Below, in pieces: positions 9,674 to 22,300 of a stretch of DNA of 64,000 bases (position 1 is the stretch's first letter; each line of letters starts with the position of its first letter). The DNA lies in contig JAHBXY010000034.1 in the NCBI GenBank assembly GCA_019636275.1, positions 4,002 to 68,001 on the forward strand, in the 5' to 3' direction. This stretch comes from Planctomycetota bacterium (GTDB taxonomy: Bacteria > Planctomycetota > J058). The notes under the pieces were generated by a model that was not told the origin of the DNA, did no database searches, and was given only the letters and a program-made list of their open reading frames with translations. A program made the translations under genes and the position numbers.

Positions 9674-10399
9674 ATGAGCTCCACGCGCCGCACGAACCGA
9701 AGGGGGGTCAAGCTCGCGGCGATCGCCGCGGCCGGAGGCGCCGCGCTCGCCCTCTCCGTGGCGGTCCTCCTCCCCTCGCACGACGACGAGCGCCGCGACC
9801 CGACCCGCCGAGGCCCTGCCCGCCACCTGCGCCTCACGGACGCGCGCGTGATCGAGTCACCGAGCGGGGCGCGCCTGCGGGTCCGGGCGGAGACGAACCT
9901 CGTGCCGGGGGCCGTTGTCGCCGTCCTGGTGCTGGCCGGGGCCGAGGAGGTCGTCCGGCTCGAGGGCGTCTCCGACGGCGCGCAGGTCGCGGTCGACGCG
10001 CAGGCGTCGGGCGCCGTCGTCGCAGGGGCGTACCAGGTGCTGGCGCGCTTTCGCCTCGAAGAGCAGCCGGCGGCGGTGCGCGAGGCCCTGAGCTACCAGC
10101 CCGCGCATCTGAGCGACCGCTCGGCGCTCGAGCTCCCGCTGCGCCTCAGCCAGGGGCGCGAGGCCCAGGAGGAGTTGCGGGCGCTGGTCGACGCGCTCAA
10201 CCGTCGCCCGGGAGACGCGGCCGTCCTCGACGAGGTCGATCGGCGCGCGGAGGCGCTCCTGGCGGGCCAGTGGATCTCGGGGCAGCGGCCGGCCCTGCAG
10301 CGTCTCCGCCTCGCGGTCGAAGTGGCGCGGCGGCCCGACTTCCGCCGCGACGACTTCGACCGGTTGCTGCTCGAAGCGCACGTCCTGGGGGGATCATGA
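9674..10399 (+). CDS. membrane-anchored hypothetical protein
   Basis: 241 aa with an N-terminal transmembrane segment (LAAIAAAGGAALALSVAVLL). Its stop overlaps the RHS start (ATGA). Confidence 0.45.
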   Translation: MSSTRRTNRRGVKLAAIAAAGGAALALSVAVLLPSHDDERRDPTRRGPARHLRLTDARVIESPSGARLRVRAETNLVPGAVVAVLVLAGAEEVVRLEGVSDGAQVAVDAQASGAVVAGAYQVLARFRLEEQPAAVREALSYQPAHLSDRSALELPLRLSQGREAQEELRALVDALNRRPGDAAVLDEVDRRAEALLAGQWISGQRPALQRLRLAVEVARRPDFRRDDFDRLLLEAHVLGGS

Positions 10400-13300
10400 C
10401 CAGCCGCGAGAAGCGGGCCCGTCGCGCCACGCTCCTGACGCTCGCCGCCGCGGCGGGCGCCGCGGGGTTGGTCGTCACGAGCCGGGCGCAGGAGCCGCCG
10501 CCGTCCGAGGCGGTCGTCACCCTGGCGTTCGACGCGGTCGCCGACACCTACGTGGCGAAGGACGCGCAGAACCGACCCCATGGCTCGGAGGCCGCCCTTG
10601 CCGTCGAGCAGGCGCCACGGCGCCGGGCGCTCGTCCGCTTCGACCTCGCGGCGGTGGGCGCCTGGCTGGCGCCGGACCGCCTCGAGTCCGCCGAGCTCGA
10701 GCTGACGATCGCGGGCGAGGTGAGCCTCCCACCTGCCGGGAAGCAGGCGACGCTCCCGATCGGCGCGCACCGCCTCACCGCGGCGTGGAGCGAGGCCGCA
10801 GCCACCTGGACCCGGCCGGCGGCGGGCCAGAGCTGGAGCATGGACAAGGCCCCGCTCCCCTTCGCGGATGCGCCGACGACCACGCTGTCGCTGGCCCGCG
10901 GCCAGCGCGGCGTCGTCAGGCTCGACGTGACGCGCGACGTCGCCGCCTTCCTCGCCGGCGAGACGCCCGGCGAAGCGCGAGACCACGGGTGGGTCCTCAG
11001 GTGCCTCGACGAGTCCGGTCCTGGCGCCGTCCGCTTCACGTCGCGTGAGGCGGGGGCCGGGCCACGCCTCGTCGTGCGCCTCCGTGACGTGACGCCCCCG
11101 TCGCTCGTGATCGACACCCCCGTCGAGGACGCCTGGACCGGCCCGGCGGACCAGGTGCGCGTGACGTTCACCGACCCTCGGACCGGGATCGCGGCAGGGT
11201 CGTTCGCCGCGCGCGTCGGCGGGGTCGACGTGACGGGCCACTTCGAGGTCGGGCCGGGCGGCGCGACCGCGCCGCTCGCCGCGCTCGCCGCCGCCCTGGC
11301 CCAGGGACCGAACCAGCTCGCCTGCGAGGTCCGCGACGTCGCCGGCAACTTGGCCTCGGCGGAGGTCGGCTACAGGTTCGACTCGGTCGGGCCCGCCGCG
11401 GCCCTGACGCCGCCGCCCGGCGCGGTGGTGACCACGGACACGATCTCGGTTCGTGTGACGTACGAGGACCTGGGCGCCGGCGTCGACCTGGCGACCGTCG
11501 CCGCGAGCCTCGACGGCGAGCCGCTCGCGCTCGAGGTGGGCGCGGCCGAGGCGACCGCGGTGGTGACGCTCGGTCATGGCGAGCACACGCTCACCGCCGA
11601 GGTCCGGGACCTGGTCGGCAACCCGACCGTCGCGAGCTCGACCTTCCGCGTGGTCCTCTTCGGCGCGCTCGAGGGCGTCGTCGGTGGCGCACGCGCCGAG
11701 GACGCGCGCATGATCACGCCCCTGCCGGGCGTCCGCGTGCGCGCGTTGACGCCCGAGGCGCCGGAGGTCGTCACCGACCACCAGGGCAACTTCACCTTGC
11801 CAGGCGTCCGGGCCGGGCAGCCGGTGGTGCTCGTCGCCGACGGCGCGACGCAGGGCTTCGGCCGCGCTTACATGACCGTCGAGGCCGTCGCCGACCGCAG
11901 CGTTCCGGTCGATCGCTCGGTGATCCTGCACGAGCTGCCCGCGGAGCAGACCCCGCTCGCCCTCGACGCGGACGGCCGCACGACGCAACAGCTCGTCCTC
12001 ACGAACCCGGACGTCCCGGGCCTGAGCCTGACCATCGACGCCGGCTCGCGGGTCGTCCTCCCCGACGACCTCACGCCCGGGGTGACGCCGGCCTTGTCGA
12101 TCACGCGCCTGGCCTGGGCCGCGACCCCGAACCCGCTGGCGAGCGACCTCTACGCCTCGTGGTGGGTCATGGCTCACCCGGTCGGGGCGCAGGTCGTCGA
12201 GGGCTTCGGCCTGACGCTGCCCAACGACCTCGGCCTCCCGCCGGGCACCGAGGTCACCTTCCAGCAGTTCGATCACCGCACGGGGGCGCTCTTCCCCAAG
12301 ACGACGCTGCGAGTCTCGGCGGACGGCAGCCGCCTCGAGGGGCGCTTCAACTCGGACCTCCTGAACGGCGCGGCGGCCGTCGCCGGCGGTCCGCCCATGA
12401 CGGTCTCCTTCAACGTCGACCTGACCGCGAGCGGCTCGGTCTCCACGTTGTTCGCCCAGCTCAACGGTGCCAGCGCAGGCCTGTACCCGACCGCGACTCC
12501 TGGCGTCTACGTGTTCACGGGGACGCAGCCGACGAACCCGACGGGGGGGACCCCTTCCACCCCGATCATCACGCTCACGCGCACTCCGACCTTCCCGACG
12601 ACGATCCAGCCCGTCCCCACGACGCCTCCGCCCGGCACGACGACGAACACCATCGGGTCGGTCCCGCTGATCTGCGAGGTCTGGCCGCAAGCCATCGGCC
12701 CCGGGCAGACGCTGCACGTCCGCGTCGCCGGCGCGCCGCACTTCCATGCGCTGGTCGCCCACGTCGGGAACCAGAGCGCCCCCCTGAGTCACCTCGCGAC
12801 CCAGGGGGACGTCTACCTCTTCCGCTCGCCCGCGGACGCGCCGCTCCCCGAGGGCTCGTACGTCCTCGAGTGGCAACAGGGCAGCCCCTTCCGCGACGAC
12901 AAGCTCTGGTTCTCGGGGGCCCCGCCCGCGAATCGGCTGGCGCTCGACCGCACCGCGCCCGCGATCTCGACCCTCTCCTTCCCGGAGGGGGTCACCACCC
13001 AACCCCAGGCCACCCTGCAGCTCGTGACGGGTGACGCGGTCGCCGGCATCAGGAGCGTCGAGCTCCAGGCATTCTCAGGCTCCACCTTCGAGACCGTAGC
13101 TGGCCCGTTCCTCTTCGGCGAAGCGGGCTCCTTCGGCCCGACGAGCGTGAACCTGAGCCAGTCCCTCCCGCTCACGACCGGCACGAACCGCGTCCGCGCC
13201 GTCGTGGTGGATACCGCCGGGATCTCGCAGGTCAGGGAGACGACGGTCGTCCTCGACACCGTCCCCCCCGTGTTCCTGGCGACGAGCTTCCCGCCGACCG

Positions 13301-16300
13301 TGACCCGGCACGCCCAGCTCCTCTTCTCCACGCAGGTGACCGACGAGCACTCGCTGGTGGAGCAGGTGAGCCTCCTCCGGGACGGCATGGTCGCGCAGAC
13401 GTCGACCAGCCCGGGGAAGACGGTCACGCGCCAGTTCACGGAGATCGTCCCGGACGGGCGCTACACCTACTCGTTCCGCGCCGTCGACTCGGCGGGCAAC
13501 GTTGCGCACTCGGCGTCGCAGGAGGTCGTCGTGGACCGCGCGGCGCCCATGATCACCGACGTGAGCGCCGTGAAGTCGGCTGACGACGCGTTCACGATCA
13601 CCTTCACGGTCACCGAGGTCGGGCCCGCGGGCCTCGCCGGGTACGAGATCGAGCGGTTCCGGTTCGGGGTCCCCGCGGGGACGGTCGCGGCCGACGCTCT
13701 CTCGGGGTTCGGTCCAGTGACGATCACGCTGACCGACGCCGACCGTCCCGACGGCGATTACAGCTACCGGATCAGGGCCATCGACCAGGCCCAGAACGAG
13801 CAGGTGGTCACGGTCGAGGCCGGGAAGGTCGACCAGAGCCCCCCGGCGATCCATGTCGGCGACCTGAGCGGCGGCGTGTTCGGGCCCGGAGTGCGCACGG
13901 GGACGTGCGTCGTCGAGGACAACTTCGATCCGGAGCACCTCTCCGTCTTCCTCGACGGGGCCGCGCCGACGCTCACGATCACGCGTGAGCAGGTCGCCGT
14001 CGACCTGGTGCGCACGACGATCTCGTTCTCGATCCTGAAGCTCGTCGAGGGCCAGCACGACCTTCAGGTCTCGGCCACCGATCCGGGCGGCAACACCACG
14101 ACGGTGAACGGCACGTTCACGGTCGACCTGACCGCCCCTGAGGTGACCCAGGTCGAGCCCGCCAGCGGACTCTCGTCCACGCCGACGATCGAGTTCTCCG
14201 CCGACCACGAGGACATCCTCAGCGAGATCGTCCCCGACTCGACCACGCTGGTCCTGGCCTCGGACCCGATCGACCTCACCGCGATCGCCCTCCGCACGCC
14301 GACGCGGACCTCGGCGACCGTCACCGGCGTCCCGGACGGACAGCACACGTTCATCCTGCGCCTCACTGACCGCGCGGGCAACGTGACCGAGCACCGCCAC
14401 CCCGTGCTCGTCGACACGCGGGCGCCGCAGGTCACGGTCACCCAGGCCCCCGCCCCTGCGCCGGCCTGGACGCGAGACCCGCGGGCGCCCCTGCGGGCGA
14501 CGTTCCACGACGACGGCGGCAGCGGTGTGGCCGAGGTCCGCCTGCTCCTCGACGGCGTCGACGTGACCGACGAGGCCAGCGTCAGCGCCACGAGCCTGAC
14601 CTTCGCGCCCGACACGCTGACGAACGCGGCCCACGAGTACCGCCTCGAGGTCCGCGACCGCGCGGGCCACGTCACGACCGTGAGCCTGCCGTTCCAGGTC
14701 GACGCCGCGCCGCCGTCGGCCCCCGGCCGGCCGCTCGCCGGGGCGCGGCCGCTCGCCGCGACGACCATCGTGCGCTGGCTCCCGAGCGTCGACGCGGGGC
14801 CCTCGGGGGTCGCGCTCTACCGCCTCTTCCGGTCGGAGGACGGCGGGGAGACCTTCCAGCTCGCGGCGACCACCGCCGCCACCGAGGCCACGGTCGCCTT
14901 CCCCACGGGCGAGAAGACCGTGTTCCGGCTCGTGGCCGTCGACGCCGCGGGCAACGTGAGCGCGGCCGTCGACGCGAAGGGGTGCGAGGTCGTCGCCCTC
15001 CACGAGCTGACGACCGCCGTCAGCACCGTCCTCCAGGTGCGAGTGCAGCGGTCCGACGGCTCGCCGATCGCCGACGCGCTCGTGACCGAGACGGGTGGCA
15101 CGGGCGTCGTCCTCGCTCATCTCGGGGACGGCCTCTACCGGTCGGGCGCCTTGACCGTGCCCTCGGGTCAGCCGCTCTACCTCCAGATCAGCGCCGACGG
15201 CACGGCCTTCGTCTCGGGGCCCCTCCTGCCGCTCCTCCCCGAGACGACGGAGACCGATTTCGGCCTCGTGGTGCTCGCTCGCCATCGCCTGGCCCAGCAC
15301 GTCTTCGCCGCGGGCGGCCAGTCGGGCGGCCAGGTCGGGTTCACCCTGGGCGAGGCCGGCGCCTTCGGACCACCGCCTGCGACGTCGGGCGGCTTCGAGC
15401 TCGCCGGCGGCTTCTGGCACGGCGTCGACGTCGAGGGCGAGGTGGTCGTCCACGTCCTCCAGACGCCGCCCGTGCTCTGCGCGCCCTACCTGCCGCTGAC
15501 CTTCGAGGTCGTGGCCGACGGCGGGGCGTTCGACGTGACGGTCGAGTACTCCACCGACGCGGGCGCGACCTTCGCCCCGGCCACGATCGTCGCCGGCGCC
15601 ACCCAGGCGCTGGCGGGCACGCCCGTCGGCCGCCGTTACATGGCGATCTGGCACGCCGACGCGGACCTGGGCGACCTGTCGCTGGCGGACGTCGTCGTGC
15701 GCGTGTCGCCGGTCGGCCGCCCCGAGCGCGGCGGCCGGATCGGCACGACCCTCATCCGCTCGTTCAAGGTCCTGGCCGTGGAGCCGCGGGCGGGCACCCG
15801 CGACCTCGACCCGCAGGGCGAGCTCGCGCTGACCTTCTCGCGGCCGGTCACGAACGACCCCGCGAACCTCGCGGCCTCGATCGTCCTCGAGGACGCCGTC
15901 GCGGGGACGAGCGAGCCGGTCGACCTGTTCGCTTCGGGGACCCCGCTCGGGGTGGCGGTCCGCGTCGTGCCCCGGAGCGCCCTGGCGCCGGATCGGGAGT
16001 ACCGCCTGCGCGTGCTCCCGGGCCTCCGGCCCGCCACCGGGCAGTTCGTGTTCGACCAGCACGAGCTCGTCCTCGGCCTGTCGGCCTTCGAGGCGGCCTA
16101 CCGCACGGGCGGCCTGGACGCGCGCGCGCCGCGCCTCCTCTCGTCGGTGCCCGCCCACGGGGCCGGCGGCGTGCCCACCGGGCAGACGGTGTTCCTGTTC
16201 TTCGACGAAGAGCTGGATCCGGCCAGCGTCACGGACCAGTCGGTCGTCGTCACGACCGCCATGGGCGTCGTGCCGGCGCCCGTGAGCCTCCTGGCGGACG

Positions 16301-19300
16301 GCCGGACGGTGGCGGTCAGTCCGTCCCTCCAGCCCGGCCGCTGCTACACCGTCTCGGTCGGGCGAGGGGTGCGCGACCTGGCAGGCAACGCCCTGGCCGA
16401 CTTCGGCCACGTGACGTTCTCGACCCTCACGAGCCAGCTCACGCCGCCCGCGCCCACGATCACGTCTCCCGCGAATGGCGCGACCCTGAGCGACCCGCGG
16501 CCGCTGATCACCGGGCACGCCGCTCCGCGCTACGAGGTGCACCTGTTCGTCAACGGCTTCCCCACCGGCCTCCGCACCGTGGCCCGCGACGACGGCACCT
16601 TCGAGATCGCGCCCTTCGCCCTGCCGGACGGCGATCTGACGCTCTTCGCCGTCACGGCCTGGCCGGGGGGCAGCCCGGCGTCGGTGCCAGGCGCGCCCGT
16701 GTCGTTCCGGATCGAGACCGAGCGCCTCCCGGCCTCGTCGCCGCCCGCGCCGGGCGCCACCGACGTGCACGAGGTCCTCGCGGGCGCGCTCGAGGAGCCG
16801 GCGCACCGCTACGAGCTCCGCTTCTCGGGCGACCCCGGGGCGCCGTTCGTGCTCGACGTGGAGACGCTCCGGCGCTCGCAGGGCCTCTTCGCGCCGATCG
16901 AGCTGCGCGTCGCGCCCGAGAACGGCGGCGGCACCTTCAGCGTGGCCGCCGGCCGCCAGACCCTCGGCGCGGGCAGCAACACGTTCGACGCCTCTGGCCA
17001 GGCGCGGGTGACCTACCGCGCCAACGACGTCGTCAAGGACGGCGCGCGGCTGCGCCTGGTCAACCCGCTCGACCAGACGGCGACCGAGCCACAGGAGGTC
17101 GTGCAGCGCTCACCGATCGCCTTCGTCGGCGTAGGGGCTTCTCCCCCCTTCGCGGGGCCGATCCGGGCCAGCGTGGCGCTGCGCGCCCGGCTCCTGAGGT
17201 CGCCCGAGACGGCCATCCTGGCAGGATCCGGGTACCCCGTGCGCGTGCGCGCGGTGGACGAGAACGGCGAGCCGACCGACGCCGTGGCGATCGACGGGCA
17301 GCCGGGCTCGACGGGGGCGACGGCCGTCACGGACGAGAACGGAAACGTGATCGTCACGTTCGTGCACCAGGACGGCGAGGCGCCGTTCGCCCTGGTCGTC
17401 GAGTCGGGCGCCAGCTTCGACTGCCCGCCGTTCGACAGACTTCAGCCCACGCGACTGGGCGAGTCGGGGATCTTCGTCCCGACGGGCGGGGAGTCGGGCC
17501 CCGGCGGCGTGTTCCTTGCCACCCGCAACGACCCGGTCAACAACCTGAGCGACGGACAGTGCGACGCGCTCGCCATGAGCAGGCCCTGTCCTCCTGAGCC
17601 ACCCGCCGGCGCGACGGCGCCGAAGAAGAGGACCCAACCGATCAACGTCGACCACGGAGGCAAGCTCCAGACCCGCGTCGACCTCGTCCTGCCCGGGCGG
17701 GGCGTCCACTTCGCGTGGACCCGGTCCTACAAGGGCTACGGCCTCTATGCGGGCCCGCTCGGTCACCGCTGGACGCACGGCTTCGACCAGCGCCTCCTCC
17801 GCCAGCCCTCGGGCGACGTGCTGTGGGTCACGGGCACCGCCCGCACCGAGACCTTCCGCAGCGTGGGCGGAGGGCGGTTCGCGACGCCGCGCGGCTTCGA
17901 CGTCGTCCTCTCGGTGGACGCCCAGGGCGTGGGTACGCTCCGCGACCCTTCGGGCGGGAAGGCGGTCTTCCGCGCCTTCGGTGCAGTGAACGCGCCGGGC
18001 GCCCTGGCCGAGGTCCGCGACGCGCACGGCAACCGCCTCGCGCTCGAGTACGGTGTCACGGGCGCCGTCGCCGGCCGACTGATCGCCGTCGTCGACCCGC
18101 TGGGCCGGCGGGTCGACCTGGGCTACGACCTGCTCGGTCGGATCGTGACGGTCACCGACCACCTCGGCCGCCAGGTGCGCTACCGCTACAGCAGACTCGG
18201 CGACCTGATCGCCGCGACGTCGCCCGAGGTGCTCGCCACGACCGAGGGCGAGCTCCTCCCGGCCGCCGATCAGTTCCCGGAGGGCCGGACCGAGGTCTAC
18301 GCCTACACGAGCGGCTTCGCCGACGAGCGGCTGAACCATCAGATGCTCCTCCGCGTCGCCCCCGTCGAGGCGGCGAAGCTCCCGCCCGGGCGGCTCGAGG
18401 ACCTGAGCCTGCTGCGTCCGCTGGCGTGCGTCGAGAACACCTACGACCTCGACCCGGACTCGCCCTCGTACGGGAGCGTGATCAAGCAGCGCTGGGGCGG
18501 CGAGAGCGTGCTGCCCGCCTGGACGGGCGAGACGGCGCCGCTCGCCGCGGGCGGCACCTCGACCTTCCGCTACGAGGACCTGCCGCTGCCGCCCAACGCA
18601 TCGCTGAACCACCCGGCCCGCAAGACGACGATCGTCGACCGGGCGGGGAACCTGGTGGAGCTGTTCCACAACCGCGCCGGGCAGTGCGTGCGGGTGCGCC
18701 AGTACACGAACCGCAACGTCCGCCCGGGCGAGCCCGAGTTCTACGAGGCCACGAAGGTCTACAACCACGCCGGGCTCCTGATCGCCCACACCCTGCCGAC
18801 CGGGAGCACCACGCGCTGGATCCACGCCGACGAGGACCTGAACGGGGACGGCGCGCTCACGCCCGGCGAGGACCGAAACGGCGACGGCGACTTCGACGAC
18901 CCCGAGGACGTGCAGCCCGAGGACGACCCGCGCTACGCCTACCGGCCGGGCAACGGCGTCCTCGACCGGCGCGCGCCCTGGCAGCGGCTGCAGCTCCTCA
19001 GGGTCGTGCAGGAGCCCGACGCCCGCGGCGACACGCGCGGTGGCGTGCGGCCGCGGATCCGGACCTTCGAGTACGACCCGGTGTTCGGGCGGCTGATCCG
19101 CCACACCGACCCGCGCGGCCACGACTCCGACTACACGCCCCAGAACGGCGGGCCGTGGTCGCCCGAGCGCTACACGAGCCACGTGCGCCTCGACTACCAG
19201 CAAGGCGAGCCGACCGCCACGCGCGCGGCGCTGGCCGCCGAGCTGGGCACGAGTGAGGCCGACCTCCAGGCGCTCCTGGACGAGGCCGGCGTCGTGCTGG

Positions 19301-22300
19301 GGCTCGGGGACCTCAATGCCTCGCCGGCCGACGACGGCCACCGCTTCGGCGACCCCGTGCGCGCCGAGGCGCCCTCGGTGCGCGTCGCGACCGGGCAGAC
19401 GCTCATGCAGGCGGTCTACGGCCCCGCGCAGGCGGTCGTGACGCTGCTCGAGACGAGCCCCCTGGGCCAGCCCCTGCGCGCGGTCGACCCCGAGGGGAAC
19501 GTCACGCTGTTCCACTACCACCCCGAGGCCGATCCCGACGGCGACGGCGTTCCGGAGCCGGGGGTCACGTCGACGGTGACGACCGGCGGCTGGCTGGCCG
19601 AGGTGATCGTCGACGCCGTCTCGGCCCCGGGCCGCAACGCCGGCACGAACCCGCCGCCCGTGGCCGCGCGCACGCGCCTCTTCTACGACCGCGCGGGCAA
19701 CCCGACGCGGGTGATCGACCCGCGCGGGGTCGAGCACCGCACGACCTACAACGTGCTCAACGAGCCGGTCTCCTCGCGGGTGGCCACCGCGATCGTCGGC
19801 TCGTCCGGGGGCCCGGTCACCGAGCCGGGCCTGGCGCCGCTGGGCTACGAGGCGCGGGTCACCTACGACGCCAACGGCCGCCCGGTCGAGGTGCGCGTGA
19901 GCAACGCCGGTGAGCGCGACGGCTCGGTGACGCAGGTGGCGACGAACCCCTGGTGGACGCGCAAGGTCGCCTACGACCTCCTCGACGGCGCCGTCCTCAC
20001 GCTGGCCGAGGTCGAGCCGATCGCCGACGACGCGTCGATCACGGTGAGCTCGCCGGGGGTCGTCGTGAGCCGGGTCGTCTACGAGCCCAACCGCGACGTG
20101 CGCCTGGTGGTCAAGCCGGAGGGGAACGTCGTCCACTACGTCCACGACGAGCGGAGCCGGCTGGCCTACGTCACCGACGGCCTGGGGACGCCCGAGCAGG
20201 CGACGACGACGCTGCTCGTCGACGTGAACGGCAACCTCGAGCGGATCGTGAGCCCGGTCAAGCGGAACCCGACCAAGGCGCCCGGCTACGCGGGCGACGT
20301 CACCCTGCTCCGCTACAACGGCTTCGACGAGCAGATCTGCACGCACGACCCGGAGGGGAACTGCGGCGACGCGGTCATGGATCCGCTGGGCCAGAAGGTG
20401 CGCTTCGTGCGGCACGGACCGAACGAGGAGAACCTGCCGCGCCTGCTCGAGGTGGAGTACCACTACGACGAGCTAGGCCGGCTCTTCCGGACGGACGCGC
20501 GGGTGTTCGAGGACCTGACGCAGCGCTTCGAGAAGCACGGCGCGGCCTTCCGCACGATCCCCACGATCGACCACGCGCCGCCGGCCGGGGAGGAGGAGGC
20601 GGTCACGCTCGTCGAGCTCGACGCGCTCGGGCGGGCCCTGCGCGGGGTCGACCCGAAGGGCGACGAGAGCCTGGCGGTGTGGGACGGCGCCGGCCGGCTC
20701 CTGCGGGCGCTGGGGCCCATGTTCAGCTCGGTCGCGGGCGCGGGCGCCGTGCGTAACGAGGTGCGCTTCGCCTACAACCAGGCGGGCCAGCCGGTCTCGG
20801 TCACGACGTTCGACCGCTCGCCGCTCGGGCTCGAGCAGACCTTCACGTCGACGGCGGCCTACGACGCCGTGGGCCGGCTGTTCCAGGCCACCGACCCGGC
20901 GGGGCACACCGGCCGGCTGGTGTACGACTCGCGCGGCAACGTGATCGGGGCCTCGGACGCCAACTCCCTGGCCACGGTGCCCAACCTGCCAGGCCTCTGG
21001 CCGCCGACGGTGAACGGCCACGGCAACGTCGCCCGGACCTTCTACGACGGCCTCTCGCGCCCGGTGGCCAGCGAGGTCTTGCTGAAGAAGGGCGGCGTGG
21101 GCGACGGCAGCCTCGACGACACGAACCTCGACACGGGCAACGCGAGCAACCCCGACGGCAAGATCACGATCACCCAGCGCTGGGATCGCAACTCGCGTCT
21201 CGTCTCGCGCAGCGACGACAACGGTAGCACCACCGGCTGGGCCCACGACGCCCGCGACCGCGTCGTCTACACCCTCGGCGCCGACCTGAGCGTCCAGCGC
21301 ACGCTCTACGACCCCGACTCGCTCGTGCGGCAGACGATCGACCGCAACGGGACGGTGATCGACAGGTCGTACGACGCGGCCGGGCGGTTGTTGAAGGTCG
21401 AGGCCACGCGGCGGGCCACGAACCTCGAGGGCACCGGTCAGGCGGTCGAGGGGACGGCCGTGCAGGCGTTCGAGTACGACGGCCTGCACCGCGTGCGCCT
21501 GGCGGTCGACCAGAACGACCCGCTCGACCCGACGGACGACGTGGCGACGTCGTTCACGTACGACTCGCTGGGGCGGCAGCTCACGGAGCGGCACCGCTTC
21601 CGGGCGCAGACGAGCCTCGTGAGCACGTTCGCCACGCAGGGCCGGATCACCGTCGGCGCGGCGGGGATCGACCGGACGATCACGCGGACGTTCGACCTCG
21701 ACTCGAACCGCACGTCGACCACCTACTCGAGCGGCCGGACGCTCACCTACCAACTGGACGGCCTTGACCGCCTCCAGGCGATCCGCGACTCCGTCGGCAC
21801 GATCACGGCCATGGAGTTCGTGGGCGGGCGGCCGCTGGCGAGCACCACGGGCCGCGGGACGGTGAGCACGTCCTACTCGTACGACGCGAAGCGGCGGCTG
21901 ACGGGCCTGGACCACGTCGGGAGCGCAGGGAGGATGGCCGGCTTCGGCTACGCGTGGGACCGCGCCGACCGCCGCGCGAGCGAGACGCACCTGCCGGCGG
22001 TGGGCGTGGCGGCGCGGACGGAGACCTACACGTACGACTCGGCGTCCAGGATCACGCGCGTGGCCTTCGGCGACGCGCGGCCGGACACGTCGTGGGTGAT
22101 CGACGGCGTGGGCAACTGGGTCAGCCGCACCGAGGGCGGCCAGACGCAGACCACGAACCAGCGCCAGAACGGGAGGTACGCCCCGGACCTCATGAACGAG
22201 GTCCAGCGCCTGGCGACGTTCAACGCGCTGGGCTCGCTCGTGAAGGACGAGCAGCACACCCAGGACCCGAACGGAAACCGGATCAAGAGCGGCGAGTGGC

